NCBI GenBank assembly: GCA_964016885.1
Contig: OZ024740.1
Coordinates: 281,418,001-281,482,000, forward strand
Length of the DNA: 64,000 nt
Origin: Eledone cirrhosa
Lineage: Eukaryota
Direction: 5' to 3'
A program made the position numbers and the translations under genes. The notes beneath the pieces are model-generated. The model did no database searches. It was not told the origin of the DNA and saw only the letters and a program-made list of their open reading frames with translations. The number at the start of each line of letters is the position of its first letter. Positions within the stretch are counted from its first letter, which is position 1. Positions 27,500 through 43,988 of the stretch are shown here, piece by piece.

Positions 27500-28760
27500 T
27501 AGTATATCAGACGTTGGAGTATGATGTATGGATAGACAGCTAGGTCCGAACTAAGCCGCCTCATAATCGCGCTCCATGATGGGATGGTAGGATGCGTCTG
27601 CACTTTCCGAACCATTCCCCATATCTGAGGGCCTGAGGCAGCGCTGCGTCCTGGCTCCAACTCTGTTTTCCATCTACCTAGCTGCAATGCTCAACGAGAT
27701 ACCCCGCGACGCACCTGGAGTTGACATCCGCTATCAACTGGACGGCGGACTCTTCAACCTAACGCGTTTAAGATCCAAAGCTCAAACGTCGCAAAGTAGC
27801 ACTAAGGACCTGCAGTACAATGGCACCCCTAGCTCCTATATTGCTGACCTCCAGTGCTGTTCGACTCTCGTGTCTGAAGTCAACTATCGTTTTGGGATAT
27901 AATTAAATGTGGATAAGACAAAGATACTTGCACACCCTGTTCCTGGACAAGAAACACCAGAAGTTGCCATCAACATAAGGGGCACGCCTCTGGAGGTTGT
28001 CAAAGACTTTCAATACCCCGGCAGCACGCTCTCACAGTCCAGAACATACGAAAGAGACATTGGCCACCATATCAAATCCGCTCATTGTGTTTTCGTAAAA
28101 CTCAGCAAGTGCCTACTCAACAGCCTCGGACTTTCCTATAGAACAAAACTCTCGGTGTGCCGCGCTATTGTCATATCTACCTTGCTCTATGCTTACGAGA
28201 CCCTGCATAAAAAAGACCTGAAAAGGCTTGGGCATCTCCAGCAAGCCAAGCTTTGGCAGACACTCAACATCAAATGGCATGACTGATGCACCAGTAACGG
28301 AGTCCTCAATCGCTCGGAAATGCCGAGCATTGAAGCTGCCATCTTCAAGCATCGCCACGTGTGGTCTGGACTTGTCATCTGAATTGCCCATTCAAGACTC
28401 CCGCGGACTATCCTCTACAACGAATTCGTCAATGGGAAACGACATCGTGGTTCCCCAAAAAACAGTTTCAAAGATCAACCGAAGTTGTTCTTCCTTCAAG
28501 CTAGAATCAGTTCTAACAACTGGGAAACAGAAGCCACCGACCGCCCATCCTGGTGAAGAGCAATTCAATTTGTTTGTTCCACTTTTGAGGAAAGGTGAAG
28601 GACTTAAGAAGAGATAAAAATAAGGCAACGCAAGGCCCGGCAACTCCAGAAAAGACCACCATCCACCCTACCACGTGATCAATGTCCGAGGTTGTTCCCC
28701 TCCCAAACTGGCCTTCTGAGCCATGTCAGGTTCGAGCATCATAGAGGTGCCAGATGAACC
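27500..28760 (+). mobile_element. RTE-clade (BovB-like) LINE 3' fragment, decayed
   Basis: Motifs HDGMVG, LRQRCVLAPTLFSI, GVDIRYQLDGGLFNLTRL, DFQYPGS, ISTLLYAYE and LNIKWHD, with a terminal GLLSH..H. Confidence 0.85.
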
Positions 28761-28994
28761 ATGATTGGTACCGACGACGATGATATTCATCGGATCTAGC
28801 TGTCGAAAAGGCCGGAGCTCAGCCGCCGGGGTCCTGAATCGTTTCCTATATATAGAAAGAGAGAGAGAGCGAGAGATAGTAAGATAGATAAATGTATTTA
28901 TATGCATATAGATATGTGTGTGCGCATATATGAATATATATATATATGTCTGTGCGTGTGTGTGTGTATATATGTGTGTATATATATATATATG

Positions 28995-29833
28995 TGTATC
29001 CCAGTTGGTGCTACTGGTAACATGTATCCCAGTACAACCTGTCTTATGGTCGGGTCGTTGGCGACTAAACTGGCAACCCTGGAGATCTCTCTGCAATTGT
29101 CGTCACATGGTACCATGGGCCCAGCACTATGTGTCAATAATTGTCACAAGTGTAGTGTTTCTAACAGAGTCACTGGGTGGACTAAAAAGTCACACTCGTT
29201 CAGCGCATCGGTAGGGGTTCTCTTACACGGATATAAAGTAGTGGCCGTACTCAAAAACGAGTTGGCAGCCACCATGTGTATCCCAGTACAACCTGTCTCA
29301 AGGTCGGGTCGTTGGCGACTAAACTGGCAACCCCACCAAGGTTTCTTGGTTAGGAGGGTGACTTTGGACATCCTTCAGGACTAAAAACAAAACCTGTCAA
29401 AGGGCAAAGGAGCTCTTAAGAGTCAATGGCCATCCAAAATCACCGGGAGAGATGACCCCTTAGCCTTTTTTAAGGCAGAATTCTAGGAGAAGGAAAACTC
29501 TGATATAACATCCAATGATGTTGACTTGTTCTTCTTTTTGGTAAATATCATCTTGGTTAAGAGAGTGGGACTGGCTTTGTGCAGTGCCTTTGCTCACTAT
29601 AAAAGCTTCACGGCACAGGCATTGCTTTATATCTGGAGATCTCTCTGCACTTGTCGTCACATGGGACCATGGGTCCAGCACTAGGTGTCAATAATTGTCA
29701 CAAATGTAGTGTTTGTACCAGAGTTTTCAAGTCGCTGGCTGGACTAAAAGGTCACACTCGTTCAGCGCATCGGTAGGGGTTCTCCTACATGGATATGAAG
29801 TAGTGGCCGTATTCGAAAACGAGTTAGCAGCCA

Positions 29834-29835
<2 letters not shown>
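28995..29835 (+). repeat. Partially tandem-duplicated non-coding element
   Basis: 29081-29275 repeats at 29634-29835, and 29021-29078 repeats at 29274-29332. Confidence 0.7.
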
Positions 29836-31534
<1,699 letters not shown>

Positions 31535-34183
31535 GAGAGATTTGCCTACTATCAATCTATGCGTGTATATTTTACATTTATCAACGTTATAGGCAGGTGT
31601 ATAACACGTCGTTGGGATTAATTTCCTTGAAGCAATCCACAGAAAAAGACAGTTTCCGTGTGTAATATAAATGTTTTAAGATTAATCTTCTCACATTAGA
31701 AATAGTGTACCATACTGCTTCTCTCCTAATTTCACCTTTTTTGTATAGCTAATATCTTTCTCCAGTATCTTCATAATAAATAGCAAAGAATTTCAACATA
31801 TATGTGATTCTTAAATGTTACGCCTAATTTGTGCCTTTTTGCAGATCATGTAAAAAGAAGTGAATATGCAGATTAAATTTCGTCCAAATTAATTTTTCAA
31901 GGTTAAAAGTAAAGAATGATAAATCATCTAAAATATAAAATGATAAATAAATTTAAACTTGAACTTTTTTTATGATCTCATCTGTATGATAGTAAAGAGT
32001 AGAAAAAGAATTTTCTCAGATTTAATTAGAGAAATTTTACTAAACCACTGCTACATTTATTGATAAATAAAATGTAGCTCTGTGAAAGGCATCTACAATA
32101 CATATTTGAAAATCGGAAGTTGAAAATAGAAATTAATTTACGCATGTAGAGGAAATAAATCTATGAATAAAACCATTCTCTGCGTAAAATTTGAAATATT
32201 GAATCTTTCCTGTAATGAAAAGTTACCGCTTGAAAACAGAGAAAATATTAATAAAAAGCAAAGAGGAACAACCCACCTCAAAATGAATTGAGTTAAAGTT
32301 ATCATATGATTAACTTAATTGTGTTTATTAAATACATAGTTGAACAGTTGAAATATTTCACTTCGCATTACTATACGTTATAGAGGCCGATCGATGGATG
32401 CAATGCTTAGAAATATTTACTTTGCTTCATATTAATACAAAGATCATGAAATACCTACGATAGAATCAATTAACGGTACTGCTCTACTACAAATATTGAC
32501 CGTATGACCTTATGAGATACCGTTGTCATGTATATTGTAATATTTGCAGAAAGGAATATATTCTTTCAATAGCTTGCTTCATTTCCCACTGTTCTGAGTC
32601 TATCCGATATAGGTACAATATATCAGCATATCTCTCTTGAGTAGAAAGAACGACATTTATTAGCAAACGAAAGTATACAATAATCAATGTCTTTACAGAA
32701 GATGAATAATAAGTAGAAAGAAAGAAAATAAGTAGAGGGGTCATAAAGATATCTTGGTTTAATAAATTAAATTAAAAAATCACTTTTTAGAATAGATGTA
32801 TTACAACTGTTATATATTCAATAATACCAGTATACTGATAGAAATCAGAGGTTTCTAGAGTACATTCGTTATAATCAATGGCAAAAACATGCTTGTCAAC
32901 GAATCTACATACTTGCCTTTCGTTATACATGTGTTTCTTCCCTTACCATCCTCCGGGGAAATGCCTTCTGCATTCGGTCCGCCGGGGCTGTGGGGAGGCC
33001 AGCACGTGGGACCCCATTTTCTCACCATACAGAGAGATGGGGAGAGCAAGAGATATGGAGGCGATGGCAGTGGGAGTTCGGCTCTTCCACGTTCGGACCA
33101 TATCCTTTTGCTTGGCTTCTTATAGTGACTTAAGGCATTGTGTAATGTTGTCGCTGTTTCATTCGTTAAGTCGTTGCTAGTACTGTGCGTTTGTTGTCCG
33201 TCTTCGTTGTTTTAAAGTTTTCCTATATATCATGTATCGATGCAGCAATCGGAAATGTCTATCTTATATTCTGTTTCTTAGTTTCTTAAAATATTTTGTA
33301 TGTAAAATGTGCAATGGTGTAGTAAAATTTATAAAGTACCGAACTAAATGCTAAATTATATTTAGTTTCGTCCGTGTACATTCTGGGTTGGAACCCTGTT
33401 AAGGACTACTTCATTGAGAGGCTTCCGAAGCATGTCATAAGTCCATTCATCTAATATATCTTTCCGTTACGATCATGATTTCTCTTGCATACTGGAATAA
33501 CAATAGTTTTCATCTAAAGATTTTAGATGAAGACGCTAAAGACTAATTTTTTTTTTTTTCATCTCATATTTCTTTTGTTATTCAATAAAAATGTTGGTTA
33601 AACTTTTAATTTTTCAAAGTTCCTGTTGGTGATGTGCAAGGTTTATTAAATTTCAAGATTTGAAAAGCCAGTTTTTTATATTCTTTCATATATTGACGTC
33701 AATTAGTATTCTTTGTGTTCTTTATATTTTAGACATAAAACACTATTATGAGGAGTTAATGCGTATGATTAAATATTATTTGATTATATATTGAAGCAAA
33801 TTATTTTGGTATCATTTTTTCAATATTTTGTTTATTTCGTTACATAGAGTTTAACATTATCATGAAAAATATGTGAAAGGATGAGCTGCAATAGACCTTT
33901 CTCATGGGAGGAAATATGGTTTTCCTTGAATCTAGACGTAACTCTTAATGTTTCTTAACGTTTTTTTTTCTTATTTAGCCTTCTGTTATTCTCATTACAT
34001 CATTTTAAAGAAAAATTGACTTCTTTCTTTAATATAAAACCTCCGGTTTTTTTTTTGGGGGGGGGGGGGGGGTAGGGGGGGTCGATTACGTAAATCTGTT
34101 GCACAACGGTTAGAGAAATATTGTGAAACTAACTCAGAATATTTATTGAGGGTTTTACAATATGCAAATGTTACAATTCTAAT

Positions 34184-34369
34184 CAACAACTTATTAGAAA
34201 TATACATAAAGAAATTTCAAACAAAGCAGACGACAATCTAATTTGGGTTGACAACTGAACAGATGTTTCTGTATATATATATATAGACATCTATTCAGTT
34301 GTCAACCAGAATTAGATTGTCGTCTGCTTTGTTTGAAATTTCTTTATGTATATTTCTAATAAGTTATTG
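34184..34369. repeat. Near-perfect hairpin, about 85-bp arms, (TA)n loop
   Basis: caacaacttattagaaa..agatgt and acatct..tttctaataagttattg are reverse complements. Confidence 0.92.
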
Positions 34370-35299
34370 CCTAGTTTTGGAGGACTGAATCATGGGAGGA
34401 GGAAGGGGAGTAGTGGGAGGGAGGGCTTAACATACAGTAGTAGTATCTCCTCTTCCCCCTCTCTCACTGAAACGTCTTCTCTTTCCTCCTCCATTGTAAA
34501 GATGTCCCCAGGAGTTCCATTATTGATTTTTATTGAAATCCAATTCGCCGGTCTTGTTTCTGAATATTAGCTTAACATGTGTGTAAAGTTTAATCAGGAT
34601 CAGATCACTGGTATAGGCGCCAACTGGTTATACATAGATACACGGATACACAGACAGACAGAAATTGCCATTTGTATAGTAGATTTCAGATGTTCAAAAT
34701 ATGATTTGATTTCTTATGACAATGTTGCTGCATTAGTGATAACAGAACAACAAAATATCTTATCAAATTTCTCTTTATCTTGAGTGATTCACTGTCTTTG
34801 AAATATTATCTGTGAACCTGTTCCACTCGGAAGATATATTTGTATATATTAAATCATGATGCAGCTGCAAAATCGTTAGAAAATTGGTCACCTGCATCTG
34901 TCGGAATCTTTTACAGCTCGGCACATAACAGTATGACAATTCGACAGTCACTCAAGTTTATACAATGATAAAAGCGGCTGTTAATGAAAGGAAAGTAAAC
35001 GTTTAATTCTAGTTGAAGGCTATATTAGAGGAAACAACAAACCTTGACATCGCAATTCTTTTGATTGACTTAATGCCAAGAAAGGAGAGAGAGATGGATA
35101 TGAGGCCAGTATTACTGCATTTTCAAACGGAATATTAACAAACAACGAATCAATGTTTTTGGAGTTCTATATGATTTATGGTTTATGCAAAAGTTGTTAC
35201 ACAGGAAGACGTGGTCATCCCCAAATGGTAGAAAATATGTAGTTAAATAGCAGAGTACATTCGAAGGCATTGAACAATTAAGATTAACAGCGGGTATCA

Positions 35300-37020
35300 G
35301 GAGATACATGGGATTTAATAGATAAGCCACGTTGACAGCAAATTAAGGATGATACCGCACAAGAGACTAAAGGGAAGTATAAAACAGAACAGATAAGATA
35401 ATGTTACTATGAAGATAAACAAAAGTGAGTTGAAGATCGAGCAAAACAAATGAAGCGAAACAGAAAGTGCCGCTACAAAGAATGATTCAAGAACTGTACA
35501 CTGGAGACTCAAGTAACTGTCAGGATGTAGATGCAGCAATAAAAGAATTCTCGTTAAATGCAAGAATGATGAGTGTTTAAGGGCGAAAACATGGGTGAAA
35601 ACATTTTGATCTTGAAGAGCTTTTACATGTAACTAATTGACATAGATTTAGCGAAAATGATGTTGGTGGGAGTTCCTAAATTTCCTAAATGATTGATCAA
35701 TGAAACTGCTTGTGTAGTTGGAATCCCCAGTGAGCTTGGTAAATGTGGAGAGAAATTCGCAGAGACAGCGCTAACTAACCTATGTCACGTGATCTAGCGT
35801 AGTGAGAAATTACAAGAAGAATGAAAAACAGCGGCCATTATGAAGCTTCCTCTGAATGGTGATCTTAGTGATTTTTTTTTATTATCCAACTGGTATGTCT
35901 CTGCTTGTGACGACAAGCAAACTGTTTTCAGTGATTGTGTGAGACGGGGTGAAAGAGACAATTCACACAATGGTAAGAGATAAACAATATGGGTTTCGCA
36001 GAAACTGATCATGGCTTGATGCAATTTTTGCATTGCGACACATATCACAAACACTAAAGTATACTATTCTCCTGCACCATTTAATTTGTCGATTTTAAGA
36101 ATGCTTGTGTCATGGTAACAATATACGTTATGTGGTAAATCATCAGAAGTTGCGGTATACCAGAATGATTTGTAAAATTTCTGAAGGCATTATATAAAGC
36201 ATCTAATTGCTGTATGACTTTTAATGAAAGTCTGTCAGTGGTTCGCAGTTGAATTCGTTATTAGACAAGGCTGTGGCCTTCCTTCATTCCTCTCTTACTT
36301 TTGGACTTATAACAAGGTGATTAAAACAGACACGATATCATATTGAACAATGGGCAAAATGTTATATGGTTTCGGTTTTCCCGATGATGTTGCGTTAATA
36401 GGGGAAATAACGTAAGTTTGCAAAGATGTACGGATTCTGTAAATATCACAATTTGGAAAGTCGGCTTACATTTTAATGCAAAGGAGAACAAACCTATGAA
36501 TGGATGGTATAAAGATCATAGTAAATGGTGAAAACTGAGAAGATGTGCCATAGTCTACCTACGTCAATGGATCAATATACGCCAACAGGTCAACATTAGA
36601 ATTGGAACGGCTGGGGTAGCAGCTGGTAGATTTTACAACAACTTTAAACTAAGATCCGTAAGTATAAAAAACTAACATCGCAGTATGCAACTATACGAAA
36701 AGGATGATGAAAGACAGAAAGAGTTCCATCAAATGTCACTGTATGTGATGTATAGGAATCAAATCACTAATGTAGAAATACTTATTAGATGAGCGAAATG
36801 AAGACATTGGTAACGCTTAGAAAAAGAATTTTAAGGTGTCTGTGTTGTATATTATGAATTAATGACAGAAGAATACCAAAGAAAGTGCTGCAGTAAAGCC
36901 TCAGGATAGCAAATGGACACTGGGAAGATCTCAACTGACCCGGTATGGTGAAAAACGGACGGCATTCCAAAAGCACACATTACAGAAATGGACGGATCAA
37001 TAAGCAACACAGAGTGAGAT
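35300..37020 (+). pseudogene. Ancient RTE-like LINE RT remnant
   Basis: Scattered motifs IRQGC, GFPDDVAL and RIPKKVL with many stops. Confidence 0.5.
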
Positions 37021-37177
37021 AATGGAAACGTATTTATATTAGTGAAGTTCACAAACACATGTGGTATTTTTCAATGTAAGAAGATTTATGTCGGCCGATG
37101 ATGTATGTCTCGAAAATGAGGGAGCGTCTATATCATAGTGACCAAATCTCCCTCGAATTATGAACTATTATATTGAT

Positions 37178-37352
37178 TAGGCATGGTAAACATGCGGCTC
37201 GTGAGCCGCATGTGGCCCTTTACAAGCACGCCTGCGGCCCGCCCAAGGATTTTACTGCGCGAGCGTAGTATAAAATATATGTGCGCAATTAGTTTACATG
37301 TGTGGCCCTCAGACAACACATATGTGAGCCATGTGTCAGTTTGACATGCCTG
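37178..37352. mobile_element. hAT (Charlie-like) MITE
   Basis: TIRs taggcatggtaaac / gtttgacatgcctg, 8-bp TSD atattgat/atatagat, and a gccgcatgtggccc subterminal motif. Confidence 0.8.
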
Positions 37353-37765
37353 ATATAGATCATTAGTTATTTCAGAAATATGAGTTAGTTATAGCTATAC
37401 ATTTTGATCATATCTACTCAGCCAGGGTCAACTTAAGACTAAAAAACAACAACATCAACAACATATTGTGTAGACAAAGAATATTGCCAAATGAAGGGAT
37501 AAAAGTATGTACAGACCACTATTCTTAGATCTCTTTATCAAGAACACTCTATATCCCTATCTCGTAGTCAAGCTCTCTCTTTCTCTCTATCTACCTATCT
37601 ATCTATGTCTCTCTCTCTACCCCCTCTCTCTTTTAATATTTCTCCACTTCTTTTTATTCAGCTCTATATCTCTCTTTTTTCCAATCTTTTCCTTCTTTAC
37701 TATAATAAAGCCTTTGAGAGAAGAATCATCTCCACATGTTATCAAGATGAAATGTTATTAAAATT

Positions 37766-37942
37766 AATTGTTTCTACTTTTGGCACAAGGCCAGCAGTTC
37801 ACCAATACATTACTGGTACTTTATTTTATCGACTCCGTAAGGTTGAAAGGCAAAGTTAACCAACACGGGATTTGAACTCAAACCGTAAAGGGACGTAACT
37901 ATGCTAGAAAGCATGGCGTCCAACCCTCTACCGATACTGCCA
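37766..37942 (-). mobile_element. SINE of the 17808 family
   Basis: Reverse-complement match to 17808-17997. Confidence 0.8.
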
Positions 37943-40241
37943 CATAATGGAACAGACATTAACTAATTAATAATAAATGTGGTGGGAAAGATATTGCAAT
38001 GCATATGTATTCTTCATTCTTTGTACGTTCTATATTATCTAACCCTGAATTAAAAACTAACAATTCATGTTACGGCATCGATTATTGTTTTATCTGTCCA
38101 AAATAAAAAGAGCAATTCCAGACAGCTGCGGTTCTATTGTCCATCTTGAGCCACTGTAGCTCGGTGCTTGTGAGGGAAAATATTTAGTGTAGAATTTATT
38201 AAATGAAATAAAGTAGGATAATGACAGGATGAAAGTAAGTATGGATTATCGGGGATGAGAAATAAGTAGTCCCTTGGTGTTTACATGAAGCGTAGCTGGA
38301 TAGTTGAAAGAAGCATGATCTATTGCAGTTGCAATGAAAGAAGTGGAGAGAAGAAACATTACATTTGTAAACCATTGATTATACCTTATTAGTAAGTCAT
38401 TATTTACCAAGAAGTTACATCATACTTTAGCTTTGGTCAGGTTTATTCACTATATAGCATGAGAGTGCAATCTATATTAGAATACTTCCCACAAAATATA
38501 GACTGACGCTGTTGATACACTGCCAAACATACTATTTAACATGCAAATGAAGATAATCTGGCTGGTTATCAAAAATAAACTCAATATACTACACAAACAT
38601 TGGGATGATGTTTCGTATTTCGTTTCTCCCAAATTTATCAACTGATAATTTATTTAAAATACAAGATATTATCCAATCTTCTAAGGAGATACAAGCTGAC
38701 AACCTCCTCAACATTGTGAAACAAAAACAATGCAACATATGGTGATGCCAGCACCATCCTTGACAAGAATGTGGAGATCGCACTTGGACATATCACTTCC
38801 ATCAACAGCAGTATTACAAGTGCCAGCTTATAACTCTGTTACAACAGAGTTTAATCACTATCCCCCTGCTAAAGGCTCCGAATATTCCAATGCGCATCTT
38901 GGAATAAAACCATTCCTTTTTCATGAGTGCACCACTTAGCGGCGATAAACAAAGTAACATGTTATCTTGAGCCAGATTTATAAATTTACGTGGTATGTAG
39001 GCTGTCTTTTATAATCTCTATAATCTCTGTATATATGTTTGGGTTTACTAGTCATGCTAGCGTAAGTGGTGGATTTAATGATTTGGGCACTTTGTGTTAT
39101 TTTCCTTTCTGTTTTGTATAGATTGTTTACCCACGTGGATCGCTGCTGCTGTTACCAGGCATTGTTTTTGACGAGTTCGTGACTGGATTGTGTGTGGAGA
39201 CTTTGGTTGGATTGAATCTGGAACTGAATTTTGAACGGCATGGGATCTTATACATAGAGGGTTTTTTTTATGTATAAATCCAGCATGTAATTCATATGAC
39301 TGGATGTGATGTTATGTTTGAGTGATAATTTATATCCAACTATTTTGTACTTTTGAACGATCTACATATGTTGTGTTATTTAGACGGATTAATTTTCTAC
39401 TGACAATCCTATTTCTATTTAACCCTTAGACATTCGGGAAATATGTAACCGATTGGTCTAGCCTATACGGTTAATATACATGTGTAATAACTTTGCCAGT
39501 TGGTTTTACAGTACCTAAAATAAGATTGCTTCAGCTCTATCTTACAGTAGCCCCGCTTTGCTAGTGTTTAGTTTGCTTTATATGTGGTGCCTGTCTATAT
39601 ACTTGTTATACTCAGCTCTATCCTGTAATAACCCTAATTTGCTTGTGTATGGCTTGCAATTATGTGATACCTACCTATATGCTTGTGGGGCACCCATGCG
39701 CTACGTAATTCGGATACCTACCAGTATACCTTGTATATGTATAACAGGGCGGGGATTCTGATTACTGTGGTCTTTCTGGATGTACCGTAAGGACCTCCTA
39801 ATGCTTATATAACTATAAGTTACGGATATCCTATTCAGTCGTTTTATTAGGGACCAGCGCTTAAATTCCTCTGGCTTCTTTATATGCTTAACACATTTTT
39901 CTTCTTTCTGTTTTTATTAATCCTTTTTTTAATTTTTTTTTTACCTTTTTTACTTTTTATCTCTTTATATTATCTTCATTTTATTTTTTATTATTTTATT
40001 ATTATTTTTTTATTATGTTTTAACCATTGCCTGTATTTTTTGCTTTTTTGTGCCATCAATTGTACCTGCATCTTGTGAAATCTGCTTGTGCCGTGGCATT
40101 TAGCTGTGGATATTACCAACACCAACATGTACCCCTTCCTTGTTCGCCATCTCCGATCTCCCTATATTTACCCTCTATTGCATTCCGATTGTTCGTGTGA
40201 CTAGACTTTGTGGAGCTTATACTCAGCACTGTATTTATTAA

Positions 40242-40286
40242 GCTCTGAGGATTCCTACCAAGCGGTATGGATGAAACATTGTAAGC
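40242..40286 (+). ncRNA. Minimal hammerhead ribozyme
   Basis: gct-CTGAGGA-ttcctacc(aagc)ggtatggat-GAAA-cattg-TA-agc. Confidence 0.7.
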
Positions 40287-40474
40287 AAATAAAAACTGTG
40301 AGTATGTAAGCGTTCTTTGGTTTCTTTTACATATAACGGCTCTGTACTTGTACATTGAGCTAACACAGTACTGTCATAATACAACACGGTGCATGTGTGT
40401 TTGTGAACATATGCTCCGTGCTATACGTAAATAAATATATATGTGTATATATACATATATATATATACATATAC

Positions 40475-40515
<41 letters not shown>

Positions 40516-40608
40516 CTTACGTTAACTATTTTCCCATTTTGACGCTATAGTCACTTATATATTATGGAATACTGTTGGCTTCTTGCTACAATACTTTCTA
40601 TACCTTTC

Positions 40609-40639
<31 letters not shown>

Positions 40640-40775
40640 AGTAGAAGTGGTATTTAATTTGTTGGAAGTCCGACAAATATAAATGTTTATAACTGATTTA
40701 GAACACTCAACAAATTACTGGAGTAAATATTCAATGATATTAAATAAATGGAAACTATATTTATAAAACCACATT

Positions 40776-40840
40776 TATTTTATTATATATATTTCAAGGG
40801 CAACCAAGACAACATTGGTACGCTTTCATCAGATAAAATA
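40776..40840 (-). ncRNA. Hammerhead ribozyme family A
   Basis: Mirror of the motif at 42378. Confidence 0.75.
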
Positions 40841-42377
40841 CAAAGTTTATTTTATAAATAGAGACATACCCATGAAAATCATACCTTATCGGTTGGAAAT
40901 TCACTGGATAGTGGAAATATATTAGGGATTATTCAAACTTATGTGTGAATATGCAAATGAATATGTAAATAATTAAAAAGCAACCGTTTATTTAGAATTT
41001 AAAAGTCGCTGGAATAATGACAAATGCTCTTTTCAAAGATTTGATAAAAAATCTTCAACTTCTCTTTCAAACCTGATATGGAACTTAAAATACAAGAATA
41101 TGGACTATTCTTTAACTTGGGAAATAATTTCGAAGCACCCGCGTAACGAAACACAGCTTTATCTAGATTTTGCAAATTGTGTGCTGAGAAAATCTTTTTC
41201 ATACTTAAATGTAAGAACTCTATTAATATAAGGACGAATTTATTTAGTTCTTGTAGACATCGCCTGAATTCAACATTTAGAACTATATATAAATTATAAT
41301 TACACTTATAATATTTCTACTTATTTCCATCACAATCTTATCCACTTGGTTTTAATATATTGATATCTCTAAATCATATCTATAACATTTGCTATAATTT
41401 CACTTCTTAAAGTTTCTTAAAATATATACATATATAATTCTAATTTTTTAAATTTTAATTTTAATTTTAATTTTAATTTTAATTTTAATTTTAATTTTAA
41501 TTGTAATTTTAATCTTAATAATTTTTAATTCTTTATTTTTTATTTCTTTAATTTTTTATCTATTTTTAAAATTACTTTTTTTTAAAATTACTTATCTCTT
41601 ATAAATTATTTTTTTTTAATTTTCCCAAATTTTTTATATTTTTTCAATATCTTTTATTAGATTTATAACCACTAACTAATTCTGGCTAAATATATCCTTC
41701 AACATTTATACTTATTTTGACAAAATAGTCTCATACTAACGAATAAATAAACAAAACTGGAGTTTTTCCGTATCTTCCCATTTTAAAATATATAAATATA
41801 AATATTCTTATTAACTCAGTTAACTTAATTTAATTTAACTTAATAACTACTTACATTAAATACAAAAGCAATATCCCTCATAACTCATTAAAACAATTAT
41901 CTATAACACGATATACCCATCTATTCATTTATTTATCTATTTATCTATTTATCTATTTATTTATTTATTTATTTATTTATTTTTCTATCTATTCTTCTAT
42001 CTATTTATTTTTCTATCTACTTTTAACAGTAAATATTATATTAGAAAAGAATTTTAACAACTAATTAATCGTAAATACACGTACCATTAGATATATACTT
42101 TGAATATATTCCCCAAATTAACGTTATATGAGTTTTATTCATCCTCTAGTTAATTTATTCTCTCTATCTCTCTCGTAATATTTTTTATTTTTTATTTTTT
42201 CTCTCTCTCTTTCTCCAGTGTCAATTAAATAAACGGTTGTTTTTCAATTATTTACAAATTCATTTGCATATTCAGACATAAGTTTGAATAATCCCTTATA
42301 TATTTCCACTATCCAGTGAATTTCCAACCGATAAGGTATGATTTTCATGGGTATGTCTCTATTTATAAAACAAACTG

Positions 42378-42442
42378 TATTTTATCTGATGAAAGCGTAC
42401 CAATGTTGTCTTGGTTGCCCTTGAAATATATATAATAAAATA
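42378..42442 (+). ncRNA. Hammerhead ribozyme family A
   Basis: tattttat-CTGATGA-aagcgtaccaa..ttggttgccctt-GAAA-tatata-TA-ataaaata. Confidence 0.75.
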
Positions 42443-42601
42443 AATATGGTTTTATAAATATAGTTTCCCTTTATTTAATATCATTGTATATATGTATATA
42501 TATATGTATATATATATATATATATATATAAAAGACGTAAAATAAGAACATTTTTTTTTTTTTTTAAATTTAAAAAAAAAATTAACTTACTTAAATTTTC
42601 A

Positions 42602-42681
42602 CTCCAACTAATTAGTTTCTGCAATGGGATAAAGACAGTTACGTAATGAACCGTTGAGAATTTCATTGCGTCATCAGGGAG
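42602..42681 (-). ncRNA. Type I hammerhead ribozyme
   Basis: Reverse complement: ctcc-CTGATGA-cgcaatg..cattgca-GAAA-ctaattag-TT-ggag. Confidence 0.8.
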
Positions 42682-43155
42682 GTCATTCTCAGCCGAGTCT
42701 CCAGGCGATGCGCGGACACTGGCGACTCATATAAAAATAATAATAATTCGGTAAATAGAACAGCTATCGAGGACTGGATTCCAGCTACTGAAAATTCTCA
42801 CTGCCACTGATCATATGGCCGATTCTAAAGAATCAATCACGTGACACAGAGGCTAGTCAGTAGGAATGGGGTGGTAAGATGACAAGCGCCTACTAACACC
42901 CCCAAAAAAAAATTTTTAGAAGTGGTTTTGGCAGGTTTGCTCGGCAAATCAGTGATTTGGAGATAAATATAGATAATTTAATATATCTACTAACATAAGC
43001 GCACAGATGTACGCCAATGCCAGCAAATACACAGGTTATGTCATAGTACCTAGGTGGTTCGATGCAGGAGAATGCAGAACAATAATATAAAAGACGTAAA
43101 ATAAGAAAATTTTTTAAAAAAATTAAAAAAAAAAATTAACTAACTTAAATTTTCA

Positions 43156-43235
43156 CTCCAACTAATTAGTTTCTGCAATGGGATAAAGACAGTTACGTAA
43201 TGAACCGTTGAGAATTTCATTGCGTCATCAGGGAG
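43156..43235 (-). ncRNA. Type I hammerhead ribozyme, identical second copy
   Basis: Same motif, 554 nt from the first. Confidence 0.8.
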
Positions 43236-43481
43236 GTCATTCTCAGCCGAGTCTCCAGGCGATGCGCGGACACTGGCGACTCATATAAAAATAATAATAA
43301 TTCGGTAAATGGAACAGCTATCGAGGACTGGATTCCAGCTACTGAAAATTCTCACTGCCACTGATCATATGGCCGATTCTAAAGAATCAATCACGTGACA
43401 CAGAGGCTAGTCAGGCCTGTGTATTTGCTGGCATTGGCGTACATCTGTGCGCTTATGTTAGTAGATATATTAAATTATCTA

Positions 43482-43984
<503 letters not shown>

Positions 43985-43988
<4 letters not shown>

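Larger units (their letters stand above)
40640..42485 (+). mobile_element. 5'-truncated PLE with inverted pLTR (40733-40995 / 42228-42485), same family as 10815
   Basis: 41040-41290 encodes KSSTSLSNLIWNLK..CKLC..SSCRHRLNSTF. The arms are reverse complementary. Confidence 0.85.

Noticed and set aside
38580-38940. Possible host exon
   Set aside because: It contains stops and has no clear splice context. It looks more like a decayed RTE C-terminus.
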